From Diadema antillarum (taxonomy: Eukaryota), in NCBI RefSeq assembly GCF_040938485.1, contig NW_027271157.1, forward strand, positions 372,001 to 436,000: 64,000 bases of DNA. Direction: 5' to 3'. The number at the start of each line of letters is the position of its first letter. Position 1 is the first letter of the stretch. Of the stretch, positions 13,927-25,700 are shown one piece after another. Under the pieces are notes generated by a model. It searched no databases. It saw nothing but the letters and a program-made list of their open reading frames with translations, and was not told where the DNA came from. A program made the translations under genes and the position numbers.

Positions 13927-15426
13927 GGGGGGGGGGGGCTGCTGAAGGGGGTGAGAGGAGAGCCATTGAGGGTCATTAGCATTCAACATGTAACAAACAT
14001 TTGACCTCGTCTCTATTGCAGAGTGTTAAATGTATGTGTGTGTGTGTGTGTTTGTATTCAAAAGTGTCTATACAGTCAACCTTGCTTAATTTGACCTTGC
14101 ATAAGTTGAATAATTGGTGATATCGAAGGTCTTTTCAAGTCCTCTTCTCTTTGTATTCTATTGATTTTAATCCCTCATAGGCCGATTTTTCTCTAAGCTG
14201 AAGCGATTTCTTCAGTCCTAATGATTTGACTTAGGCAAAGTTGACTGTATGTGGGTGTTTTTTTGTTGTTGGGGGGGGGGGGGGGGGTGGGTGGGCTGAA
14301 GTGGAGGGGGTGTCAAAGGTAAACATTTTTATCCTTGGTGTGAATTTTTGAGTCCCAACAAGGCACTGTCATCATACACCAAGCTGTGATATCATCAATA
14401 CGCTCAGAGTTTTATTTTTCTATCCATGGCAGTTGGGAGAAAAGTTCATGTCATTTTAAAAAGCCATTTAGAATGCCTGAATGTATCATTCTATGATATA
14501 AAAAGACTGAAGAGTTGGCATGGATGACATTCATTTCATGTCAATGGATGCATATTACAATACTTTGGAATATGACCCTGAATGCACTGTGAAAGCAAAC
14601 ACTAATTTTGTGTGTCAAAATATAATTACCTCCACCAAGGGAGGAGGTTATGTTTTTGGGGGTGTTTGTTGGTTTGTTTGTCGGTGTGAAAAATAACTCG
14701 AAAAGTAGTGAATGGATTTGGATGAAACTTACAGGAAAGATTAAGAATGACACAAGTATCAGATGATTAAATTTTGGTAGGGATCCGGGAATTTTCGGGG
14801 ATTTTATGAAGGATTTTCAATATTTTGGCAGGTGGGTCAATGAACTTGGGAGTTCAAGCTGCGCGTGTTTTTAGGTTTTCATTCATGCACTAAAGTGCGT
14901 GCTCTATAGGGCGAGGGGCGCCATGCAGCTGGAGGTTGATGACGTAACAAAAGGCTTCTATATTGGGAAATTTGGCAACTTTCAGCATGGGTGGAAATAA
15001 TTGATACCTATGGAAGAACAAGATCAGTGATATTAATGAACTGATTGGTGGAGGTCTCAGAGTGCTTCTCTAGTTATTATGTGAAATAATAGTTATTCCA
15101 TGATCTGATGGTATTTTTCTATTTTTGTATGTGGTGTTTATTTTATTTTACTTTTGAAAGCAAGCCACAATAGCTATTGAGCAAACATTGTCATTTCTGA
15201 TGAATCATTTCAGCACAATACACCATACAACCATGCATCTTGAGTAGTCCTTTGTTTGACCTAAGTGATGACCTTTTGATGACCTTTCTTGTGACCTTTA
15301 GGGCTGTGAGGACATCATCATGGCTGAGCTGAGAGACTGGCTGGTCCTGATTGGAGTGGTCTGTCTCATCTTTGTCATCATCCAGGTAATCCTATCACCT
15401 TCCATCATCATCATCATCATCTTCAC

Positions 15427-15463
<37 letters not shown>

Positions 15464-16250
15464 GTGTGCACATTTTCTGATATCTATATGTGACATTGAA
15501 ATTGACATGTAGCCTTTGTGAATATTTAAGGGAATATTGAGTGAAGTCTTATTCTTACACGATGTTTTTGTCTTATCCTCTTCTCTTTTTCTTTTTCTGT
15601 TCATCTATACATCTCTCCCTTTCTTTTTGTCCATCATTTTCTCTACCTTGCTTCTTTACTATCTCCATCTGTCTGTGTGTCTTTCTGTTTTCTTCATCTA
15701 TTTTTCTAGCTCTCTTTGTGTCTCTTTCTCTGTCTTCCTCTGTCTGTCTATCTTTCCCTATCTCTCCTTTCTTTGTCTGTATATCTCTCTTTATTCCTCT
15801 GTCTATTTTCTCTCTTTGTCTGTTTTCACTGTTTGTCTGTCCCCTTGCTTCTTTCTCTCTTTCCTCTTTATTCTATCTTTTCTCTTCTGATCCCAGGTCC
15901 TGCTCANNNNNNNNNNNNNNNNNNNNNNNNNNNNNNNNNNNNNNNNNNNNNNNNNNNNNNNNNNNNNNNNNNNNNNNNNNNNNNNNNNNNNNNNNNNNNN
16001 NNNNNNNNNNNNNNNNNNNNNNNNNNNNNNNNNNNNNNNNNNNNNNNNNNNNNNNNNNNNNNNNNNNNNNNNNNNNNNNNNNNNNNNNNNNNNNNNNNNN
16101 NNNNNNNNNNNNNNNNNNNNNNNNNNNNNNNNNNNNNNNNTCCTGCTCATTTGGTTCATCCTCATCCTCTTCTTCAAGCTGCATCGGGGGAGCAAGAGGT
16201 ACTGCTGCGGCTGCTGTGGGGTCTACTCCTATGTCAAGGAGATTGACTAG
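7843..16250 (+). CDS. Tetraspanin, 6 coding exons, 254 aa
   Basis: Exons 7843-7905, 11054-11251, 12550-12735, 13748-13870, 15302-15385 and 15897-16250 (gap-bridged). All joins are phase 0 with AG/GT. Four hydrophobic segments; CCG and PNSCC motifs with 6 Cys in the large extracellular loop. Confidence 0.93.
11054..11251 (+). CDS. Tetraspanin coding exon 2 (end of TM1, TM2, GCIAAIRES)
   Basis: tag|CTC...GTC|gtaagt, 66 codons; classic tetraspanin GCxxAxRES motif. Confidence 0.93.
12197..12481. mobile_element. Small MITE with CAG termini (hAT-like)
   Basis: CAGAGACTCCAAC ... GTTGGAGTCTCTG, internal CGGGAG/CTCCCG repeats, CAAGGA duplicated on both flanks. Confidence 0.55.
12550..12735 (+). CDS. 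Tetraspanin coding exon 3 (TM3 and start of large extracellular loop)
   Basis: tag|TTC...GAT|gtaaag, 62 codons, contains AWDSLQED. Confidence 0.93.
13748..13870 (+). CDS. Tetraspanin coding exon 4 (AQCCGV...PNSCC)
   Basis: cag|GCT...GAG|gtatgt, 41 codons; followed by a (GT)n microsatellite. Confidence 0.93.
14073..14247. mobile_element. Tc1/mariner (pogo-like) MITE
   Basis: TA|CAGTCAACCTTGCTTAA ... TTAGGCAAAGTTGACTG|TA. Confidence 0.6.
14624..15075 (+). mobile_element. Probable non-autonomous Helentron-type (DINE-1/HINE-like) repeat
   Basis: Starts ATTACCTCCACCAAGG..GAGGTTATGTTT, has subterminal inverted GGTGGAGGT (15047-15055), and ends CTAGTT. Family assignment is from recalled consensus. 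Confidence 0.5.
15302..15385 (+). CDS. Tetraspanin coding exon 5 (GCEDII...IFVIIQ)
   Basis: tag|GGC...CAG|gtaatc, 28 codons. Confidence 0.92.
15897..16250 (+). CDS. Tetraspanin last coding exon (VLLIWFILILFFKLHRGSKRYCCGCCGVYSYVKEID*), interrupted by an N-gap
   Basis: Acceptor tcccag at 15896. TCCTGCTCA occurs on both sides of the gap; collapsing the overlap gives an open 36-codon exon ending TAG at 16248-16250. Confidence 0.8.
   Translation, partial: VLLXXXXXXXXXXXXXXXXXXXXXXXXXXXXXXXXXXXXXXXXXXXXXXXXXXXXXXXXXXXXXXXXXXXXXXXXXXXXXXXLLIWFILILFFKLHRGSKRYCCGCCGVYSYVKEID
15907..16140. other. Assembly gap (N run)
   Basis: Seen directly. Confidence 1.
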
Positions 16251-19200
16251 ACCAGATGAAGGCTGCGATTGGTGGTTTGCAGGGGATTAGGGATGGGATT
16301 GGGGAGGGAGGCTGGGTGGATGGAGGGACGAGGTGTGGGTCTAATGGGGGGGGGGGAGGGATGTTATGCCACTGGGTCACTCTGTTACCCCTCCATACTC
16401 TTCAAGTGGGGAGGCGGATAGGAGCTATAGGGAATGGGGTCAGGAATTTTTCACTTCTCTTGATGAGGGCACAACTTTTTTGATGAGCCCATGCAAGATA
16501 CAGGACGCAATGACATTGCCGTGTGTGTATATCCAACATAAGCACTTGTATGTCTGTATCAGTATGTAATGTCCAATATCCTTTGCAATGTGGTCAATGT
16601 AGCTCTGTGCTCTTCTTCATCTACATGTAGTTGAATGAGGCAATCTCAAGGAAATATCAAGAAAATACAGATATAAAGTGATTTGGGATACGGAACAATA
16701 AGCAGCAGGGTGTGTTCTGTGACCAGCATGATGGAAGAGATGTGTGGTCTATCTCCATAAAATCTCTCCCTTTTGTTTTGCACTTGTGCCGGTCGTGTTC
16801 TGCTCTCCTGTACAAGAAGTTGAGTGTATGTATCTGCCATCAAGCTGAACCTGCAGGTCCTTCTCCATAGTCTGCATCTTAGACCCATATGAGAGTATTG
16901 TAAAATCAGAAACATTTGTGGTATGATACTTTCACGAATTGGAGCCAGCAGCCTTTCTCGCGTGAAGCTTTTTTGAATTGCCACCGCCATTGAATGCTTT
17001 ATGTAGATGAAACCTTTTGTATGCATTTTACTTTTGCCAATCTTGGCTCCTCGCAAAGACTCGTGAAAGTTTAATGCACATGAAAGTTTCTTGTTCTTCA
17101 TTGTGGTGGTACTTCCTTCTACAGCTGTGAAGAGAAAAGATGGTATGGGCTAAATAAATGCAAATAGAGAGATGGACAGTGATCTTTGGGTCAGGTTTTT
17201 GCCCTCAAACAACCCACTTCCTTCATGATTTCCCTGAATGCATCATGCGGCAATGACAGGGCGGAGGGGAACAACAGTATGGAAAGGGGGGGGGGGGGGG
17301 GAGGGGCCAAATAGTATTGGGTGGGGAGGGATGAGTACTAGGAATTTGGTTTATGAACTTGCCCCTCGCATGGATGTGATGAAATGGTGATAGGTTAGGC
17401 TAGAGAGATGCTACAGCCTATGAATAACCTTGGAATCACGATGCCCATACCTTTATCCCCGTGAATTTTCAGTGTAGTAGATGGACGGGCATGGGGATAG
17501 GGATGGGTTTTGGGGAAGGAGGGTGTGGGAAGTTTATGTTGAAAGTATGAATTGAAAAATGATTTTTTATAAAAACAGTGTTTTTAGTATGAAAAAAGAA
17601 AAGGTGTTTCCGAGCATTTCTAGGTAGTGAAAATGAAAGTTTGGTGCTTTGACTCTTAGCTTGTCTGATTTTAACCTCTCCATGTTCAATATGGGTTTGC
17701 TTTCGTACCACTGAATTTTGAATGGGTGGTTGTCCCCGTAAACTCTAAACAAGTTTTGGGTAACATATATAAGAACTGTGGTCATAGACCCTAGCCTCAT
17801 CTTTTGTGCTATAGTTATAAGAATCTTTTGGCAGTTTAGTTGTCCTAATATAAAGTACATGTAGACAAAGCGAAAAATACATGTTTAACCATGATGAGCA
17901 GACAATAATGACTGACGACTGTGTGGTATAGGGTAGCTAATTATGTACTTCACTGAACTATTGCATCAAATTATATGCAGGCAAATTTCACTGGAAATGA
18001 TCCAAATGCACAAAAATAAATTGCATTAATTTTTGCACTTTCACAGTACATGTATGTTTGCCATGGGATAGCATGTGTATATGTGTAACCTGAACTGTGT
18101 GTCAGCACATACCTGTAGTTATAGTGTTAAACGGGTATTTATGTTGTAAAAATTTGTACTTAGTTGTGACTGATAACTGCTATAGCCATATAGTTATAAG
18201 ATATATACTTGTATACCCTCATTGAGTTCTTCCACAGTTTATATATGCCATAAGCAATTAAGCAGAGATAGAAGTTAATCTTAATCGTAATGGTTAGGCA
18301 AATTGATTTCTCATGGGTTTTGATGGCAGCATTATGTCATATAGTGCATCCCACAATAACCCTTACAGTGCTTCATGCCCCACTTTGCATGTCTACCAGA
18401 GGGCTTCCTTCGCCAATAAGCACCACAGGAGCCTTGCTGTTAACCCGTTTCGTACAGTAACGGGAACCTGGTGGCCAGCATAGTAAGTTTATGGGCATTT
18501 CAGAATTCTGTGTGGAATGGGTTAACTGGGCACGAGAAGGGATTATCCAATTCTCTAATCCCTTTGGTCTCAACACGGGCTTTCCTTTGAACTATGGCAT
18601 AGCTCCATTGGAGTGGGCCATCTTAAGTCTAATGGGGATGAATTGAAAGCTGATGGGAAAAACATTGTTTGGCAGTCTATTGTGAAGTGTCATGGCACAT
18701 AAAGGGTTAATTGTAAGTTGATAAATTTGGTAAGTTTATTAATATCAATATTAGATATAAAAAGTAGAGATTGTTGTCTCAAAAGTGCTTCCACAGCCTC
18801 TTCCCAAAATTACATGTGAAGAAATGTTGTATGTCTATTAGATTAGAAAGTAATGTTATTTATACATGTCTTCCATAACAATCTAAACTTTGTTAGGAGC
18901 TGAACTCTTTCAGTCAAGTTGACATAGTTTTGGTAATCAATGTCTATAGGATTTTTGCAGTTGGTGCTCAACGGGTTAACCACTTTGAGCAATAATTTTG
19001 AACAGTGAGAGACAACAGCAGAAAAGACATTCAAATCATATACTTGATAATCGTGGAGGGTATGCAAAAGGACATTAGATTGATCATGATTGAATGGTGA
19101 TTATATGAGAGCTGTATAAACCACAGTTAGTGTACTGGTACAGTGTATTATCATTACTACATGGATGAGATATATACAAGATTGGAACTTCTTGTATGCG

Positions 19201-21097
19201 AATTAGTAAATCACTACACTGTATACTCTACACAAAATTGTACTGCAAAATTAATATTTATCTATCTATTCCTCGGCATATCATACCGTTTTGAATAATG
19301 CTAGTTTTTGTATTCTCACAGAAGAAATTTATTGTTTTGATAGATTTGCTTTCCTCGTAGGAATAGAACTGTCCCCCACTTCTATATCAGGGAAACTATT
19401 TGATATTTCAAATTATCAATTATTATGTTGTTGGGCTTTATTTTTTTTTAAACCCGAAACCTTGGTTGTAGCAGTACTTCCATAGAACAATGCATAGAAA
19501 GGGGATTTTGCTTCTAGTACTTGTGAAAATAGTGTATTCATATTATTTAAAGTGTAACCTTGCATTTCTTACCTTGTAATATTATGTCTTTCCTCTTTCA
19601 ATTTTCTAAACCTTGGATTGTATACCTATGCTCAGTGTCTTCCTTGAAAATGTAAACAAAGTGTATTCAAATACAGCTGCTATGTATATATTGTTTGCTT
19701 TGTATAAACTAGCACAACTCTGTCTATATTTGTATATTCTATTGTGATTAGAATCAATACTTTGATATGGGGAATGAACAGTGCCTTTTAAAATGTATTC
19801 AAACATTCTATTCTACTTTTGAGAGTTTCTGAGTAACATTTTATATCATGAGATGATTTAAAACACAAGTGTACTTCTATTTTAAAAATGAAGTTGGTAG
19901 ATTGCAAGCTAATGTTGAATGCAGTTAGAGGTCTTTGTTTGTGTATCATAACTATGCTCTATTACTATCAATGTGATTTTGTTTCACTGTAAGGTCTGCT
20001 CAAAAATCTGCTTTCACGGTATTCTTGTATCACAATGTAAAAGTAAACTATGCCCCAAGGTTACATCGGGAAAACATGTTCATTCAATACATTGGAAGCA
20101 CAGAACTGGAGCAATGCATCCCTAAAATGTGATAAAATAAAATTTGATCATATACACAAGATGGTTCTGGCCATTTGAGCAGAAGTGGCACAAAATGGCA
20201 TTCTAGTGGGACTGTCGAAATAATGGCTTGGCCACATTACTGTAGTTTTGCTTGCATCTATACTGTAAAGGAGAATGTTACTTAACCTTTTTTTTTTTTT
20301 TTTCAGAGGAACATTGTTTTCCTGTGGTAGTTTTACATGACACTTATCAAGTGCAGCTATGTTCTATGGCATCATCTATATTACCAAAGGGAGGAAGTAT
20401 AACACTTTTGTGGAAACACTATGTGGAGGAAAAAAAGAAGATTGAAAATGTGTCTTACTGGGTACAAGGCAGATTAATACATTGTACTGACGCCTAAGAA
20501 ATGTCATATGCATCTACCAAAACGGTTACACTGCAGGGGTCCCCAAATCGGTCATGCTTAAATCTAGTTATGCTCCACCTACTCTCTGTTGCTGGTACCT
20601 TTATGGGTACATAGTGTATTGTCACTGCCTTCATTCAAAATGACTTGCATTATGTGCACACCTCCTTTTGAGGATTGTCAAGGATATTACTGTACAGTTG
20701 TCTCTTTTGTTGTGTTTGTAATATCTGCATTCTGCTCCTTTATCTGTCAGAATTTTACGTGTGGTTGTTGAGTGTCTCCAAGAGATGCTTTTGAACATGT
20801 CTTGTCATGTGGCTAGCTAAGTGTCCTTCTCTTTAGAAGTCATGTCTATTCCTTTGTTGCTGTAGTAGGGTTTTACCACAGTGCCTTATGTGTGGCTCCT
20901 TTTAAAGGCTGATAATTTATCAATCAACTTTCCATGTTTGTTTTGATATAAATGCCATGCAAATGCTTTCTGTTTGTACAAGTCTGGTAGAATACAGACA
21001 CCATTCTCCTTCCAGCTTTACTGAAAAGCAATGGATCTATTCTTCTGAACCAGACATGGTGTTTTCATGGAGAATTTCAATGACTCTCCATGACAAT

Positions 21098-21547
21098 AGG
21101 CCCGTTCACACACAAGGGAAAAAGTGAGATTTAAAAATCGATTTTCTTATCGCGATCAAAATTTCGAAATTTTTTCCTGTGTGGACAGAAAAATTTCACT
21201 AATTTTCGCGATCCTAATTGCGATCCAACCCGCGATCCAACCCGCACTATTAGTGCGATTTTCAGAATAATCGCAATTATTTTGCCAAGTGTCATGTGTG
21301 TGATCGCGATCGAGATTCGGAAATCGGTATTTTTAATCCCATCGTTCGTAGCGTGTGAACGTCAACACTTTGGGACCGCGGGGTCGGTCTTCGGTCATGC
21401 AAGTTTCGCGCATGCGCAATTTGGCCACTGATCGTTCTTTCCTTGCTGCGAAGTGCGATTTTTCCTTGTGTATGAACGGTCAAAAAAAAAAAATCGAAAT
21501 TTGGATCGCGATTGTAATTTCGATTTTCGTTGTGTGTGCACGGGCCT
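21098..21547. mobile_element. Harbinger-like MITE, 450 bp, AAT TSD
   Basis: AAT|AGGCCCGTTCACACAC ... GTGTGTGCACGGGCCT|AAT; interior rich in CGCGAT/ATCGCG motifs. Confidence 0.7.
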
Positions 21548-22595
21548 AATATCAACATAGGATTGGGGTTCTGCTCTGTCCATAGAATCAAGGTTTTAAG
21601 TGGATGGCGCATGCCATTAACTTGTCCCTGATCTGTCCTTTGCTGTATTCATGGCTACACTGCTCTAGTGTCAGTACTCTCTGTTGATTGTATGCACCCT
21701 GTTATCTTGAAGATTCATTATAAAAGTACACTGTACTAATAATATGTAGTAGGTACTCAAATCTGTATCATTAAATGGTTTGGATACATAAATTTATGTA
21801 TTTTGTCATTGTTTTGTCTTTCTTTTAGAGTGATGGACACATGTTAAATACAGGATAATGCTACCTTCCTCTCTCACACACACGGTCTGTACTAAGAAAT
21901 TCTTGGGATAAATGACAAAACCACTGGATTCGAATAATATAGTGCAAAGGAATGTCCTTGCATTTATACTTGAGATAAAGAAACAGTTATAGTAACAAAC
22001 ATAGAATGATGTGGGCATGTACTGAATTTTGTGAGATGCTGGCATTTTAAGTGTAAGAATGCAGGCTCTTTTGATAAATCCAACAAATTCAAATTGGAGA
22101 GATCCTCAAGTGGTTGGTGCTTTAAAGAGAGGGGCTTCGATGGGTAAGCTTTTATGAACACATAGACACGACAAGGGTGGAATCGATTCAGCGTCAATAC
22201 AGAATTTGTATAATAGTTAATTATGGAATACATGAAGAGTCCCATCACCTGCATACATCTTTGCAATGATTTTATATACCATGGACATTTATGAATATCA
22301 TACATCAACACAGAATGTCTGTTTCGGTGATAACTACTGTCTCAATATGTCATGTAAGTAGTATCAATGCATCCGTCAACAATCAAATGATTTTTGCAGC
22401 ACCTGTAGAATATCACAGGCTATATCTTTTCTCTTTAGTCTGCCTACCAACCAGCCTACCAAAAAAAAAAAAAGACGTCTACGTTTATGTGTAAGGCTCC
22501 TACATCTATAATCCTTTGAATACTTTGAGTGCCGACTGACACAAAACACCCCATAGCATTGTACACAATGTCCAAAGTAGCTGGTGCAGGAAGGG

Positions 22596-22769
22596 TTAAG
22601 GATCCAGTTCGTCAAATGTCACGAGGAAGCCAGTCCTCTGAATGAGATGATCGCTGTGGAGTCGGACCAGTGCCGTGTCTGTTTCTACCACTACGGAGAA
22701 GGGCGTGTCTCTTCGCCCGCACAGCCTAAAAACTTGGGACATCTCTCCGCTATCTGTGGATCCCAACAC
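22596..22769 (-). CDS. ADAMTS exon 24 (second half of CUB, stop codon)
   Basis: VLGSTDSGEMSQVFRLCGRRDTPFSVVVETDTALVRLHSDHLIQRTGFLVTFDELDP*. Confidence 0.88.
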   Translation of the reverse strand: MLGSTDSGEMSQVFRLCGRRDTPFSVVVETDTALVRLHSDHLIQRTGFLVTFDELDP

Positions 22770-25700
22770 CTATATGCATGACAAGACGGAATTTGATATC
22801 CTGTCAATAGGCTTCCATATAGGATTTCAATTTCTACATAGAAGCACACACACACACTTAGACACACACATTGTATACATGTCACACACAGACACAAACA
22901 CATAATTATGATAGCATTTGTTGTCTGTACAAACAGATGGAATATCAAAGATATCATCAGAATTGGAGGTATACAGAACAGAAATATGGAACATAGAGAG
23001 CTACGGGAAAATATACCGTAATTACAGTGTACTCCCGTTATAACGAACACGGTTATAACAAATTGTTACATCGAAGAAAATAATACATCATAGTTGTGGC
23101 GTCGCCGTCTTTCATTCCGTCATGTGATGTTTTTTTTTTCACAATAAAACTGGAAATATAATGAAAACGAATATTTCGACAGACACTTGCTTCCAAGTGT
23201 ATTGAAACATTCAGTTGAAAAGGCCAAATTTGTGAATCATTCGCACTTCAAAATTCCTGTCAAAATGTATTCATAACCGTTACGAATCAGTTTCCCCGTT
23301 CATCTAAATAGTACTAGTAATCGACACCGGAAAAAGACGTTTTATTTCAAGAGTGTTATATAGAAGTTCAGGGGAAAACGAATGAAGTGTTACATATTTA
23401 ACTTGTCCTCCCACATAACGATGTTGATTCAGCAGCGACCCACGTCTCACCTCGACAATGTCAAAGACACATTTCCCGTGGGCGGGGGGCGAGTCTTCGA
23501 GGTCGAAGGTCATGAACGTGAGCTTGATCCAATAACCGTGATTGACGCCGAGTGTCCAGATGCAATCGATGTTTGGCGGGTAGGCGCCGGGGTGATTCGG
23601 TGAGGAGAAGTGTCCCGTCGAAGCAGATATTGTCAGGTTGCACGTCCCTGGAGAAGATGTCAAAATGTTTTCAAGAAGATGTAAGATGACGAAGTCCAAA
23701 GTAGTAAGTCGAGAGAAAATTAGGTACTGAATGTTATGAATGCATGAAGGCTTATATGGAGGGGTTTATTGCAAAACGAGCTAACTCCATTCTTGTTATG
23801 TTGAGATACTTGCGATTGAAGCTACTAAAATGTGAGGATGACAATGATAAAAAATATACGGATATTTTGAATAATAACTTCAACAATAATCCTTGTTATG
23901 CGGCAAGTGAGGTGTCACTTGAAATGTTTTATTATCTTGCTCTATCTGATGATGGAATTACTTTAAGGTTGAGGAAATGTCACTTAGCCAATTTTGAGAT
24001 CACTGTCTTCATAAAGATTATAGGCCTAACGTGTGTGTTTGCGGGAAAAAGGTTTCAAACAATAAATGTCATGCTCCTGGAGGCAGATTATGAGGTGAAA
24101 CGAAGGAAGATTGCACACGACTGTTTCGTCATTCATTGTAAGATTAGGGTTGTGTTGACCGTTTTGAACGAACTCTCTTAGAACCACGATTTTTGTCAAA
24201 ATGTCCATGCTATTGTTATATCAACAAGGTATTAATAGCGTAACGATCAATGATGATGTCACAATCTTGATATAGCTTGGGTTGTAACCAGGTGCGAGCA
24301 CAGTAATAGTATAAGTGCTCATGTTTCCCGTCAGGTGAGGTTGGTACGAACCAGTTTCCATGGCGATGAATGGCTATGTCATCACACATTGGTACTCTAT
24401 ATATATAGTAATGTACAGAGCTAACGCGTATAATATTACAACTGAGAACTGTTATAATCTACAAGCTCGAATGAATGATGCACGACCGAATGATCACCAA
24501 GAATGTTATTCTTTTTTCATGACAAGATCAAAAGATGGTTAATGATTATGATTACTTGTCGCAATGATGATGATGATGCAAACATTGAAATATGACACGA
24601 GACTACACTTATTACACGTAAGAGGCATTAAAGAAAGCAATGAAATGCGGCCGTAGACAGATTTGTAACAGACCAAGTGGAAAGCAAGCAACCATCCTGG
24701 TATCTGAACTACAGCAAGACAGCGAAGAAGATAATCCATTATTGTATATTATATTCTTTTCCGCAAATAATAGTTTATCGCTTTTCTTGTCAAATCCTCG
24801 CGAGATTAAGGGTTCAGGCTTATTTACATCGAGAGTAGGCCTATAGGATGTTTGATCCCTGAGGATCTGAAAAGGGCTATCTAAACAAGCATTACATTAT
24901 ACATACACCGGTGTATACATCGTTCTGTTTAGATACATGAAACAGGGATGATCATTTACATAGATGCTCACCATCATCTGTACAAGGTGGGAGATGACAC
25001 TGTTCCTGATGTACAGGCTTCGAGTCTGCACCTTCGCACATCTCCTCAGAGCCAACTTCCGCTACACCCTCCCCGTTGCTCCTGGCGCAGAATACCTTGC
25101 GCGAGCGTACGCCCATGCCGCACGGCACGTTGCAGTCTTCCCAATCACCGACCTCCCACCTGTGACGCGAAGGGGCAGTGCCAGTTACGACTTGTCGTTA
25201 TCTTCAAATGGTCACGGACCATTTTAATGAATTTCAAAAAAGTCTATTGTAAACCATGACAACCTCAGCAACAATATATCAAAACTCTCTCCAATGAAAC
25301 AGAACACACTTCTGCAACACATGTCATTATTACAACGCAATACTGTACGACTCCAACAAATTGATATTCATATCAAGTAAAACATACAAATAATTTAATT
25401 CTCTGTACTCCATCAGATTAATAAATGTAAAAAAAACACAAACAAACAACCCCAAAACCAAAACGGTACCGAACGCAAAATCGCCTGAGGAGTAAACAAA
25501 ATCGTAGAATCCTCGTACCGGACTAGCCCCCAATACAGCGAGTTTATAAAACAAATAAGATACGAAGCGCATGCTTCGTTACCTGAATGGACAGTTGAAC
25601 GTGTTGCACGTCTCTTCCTTGACCGGTGGTCTTTGCAGGTGTTGACAGTTAAAATCCTCGACAATATGCGCGTCATTTCCTACCTCCTTGCAGGTAACCT

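Noticed and set aside
7037-17300. Scattered poly-G runs as functional G-quadruplexes
   Set aside because: Homopolymer runs occur throughout the window with no positional pattern.
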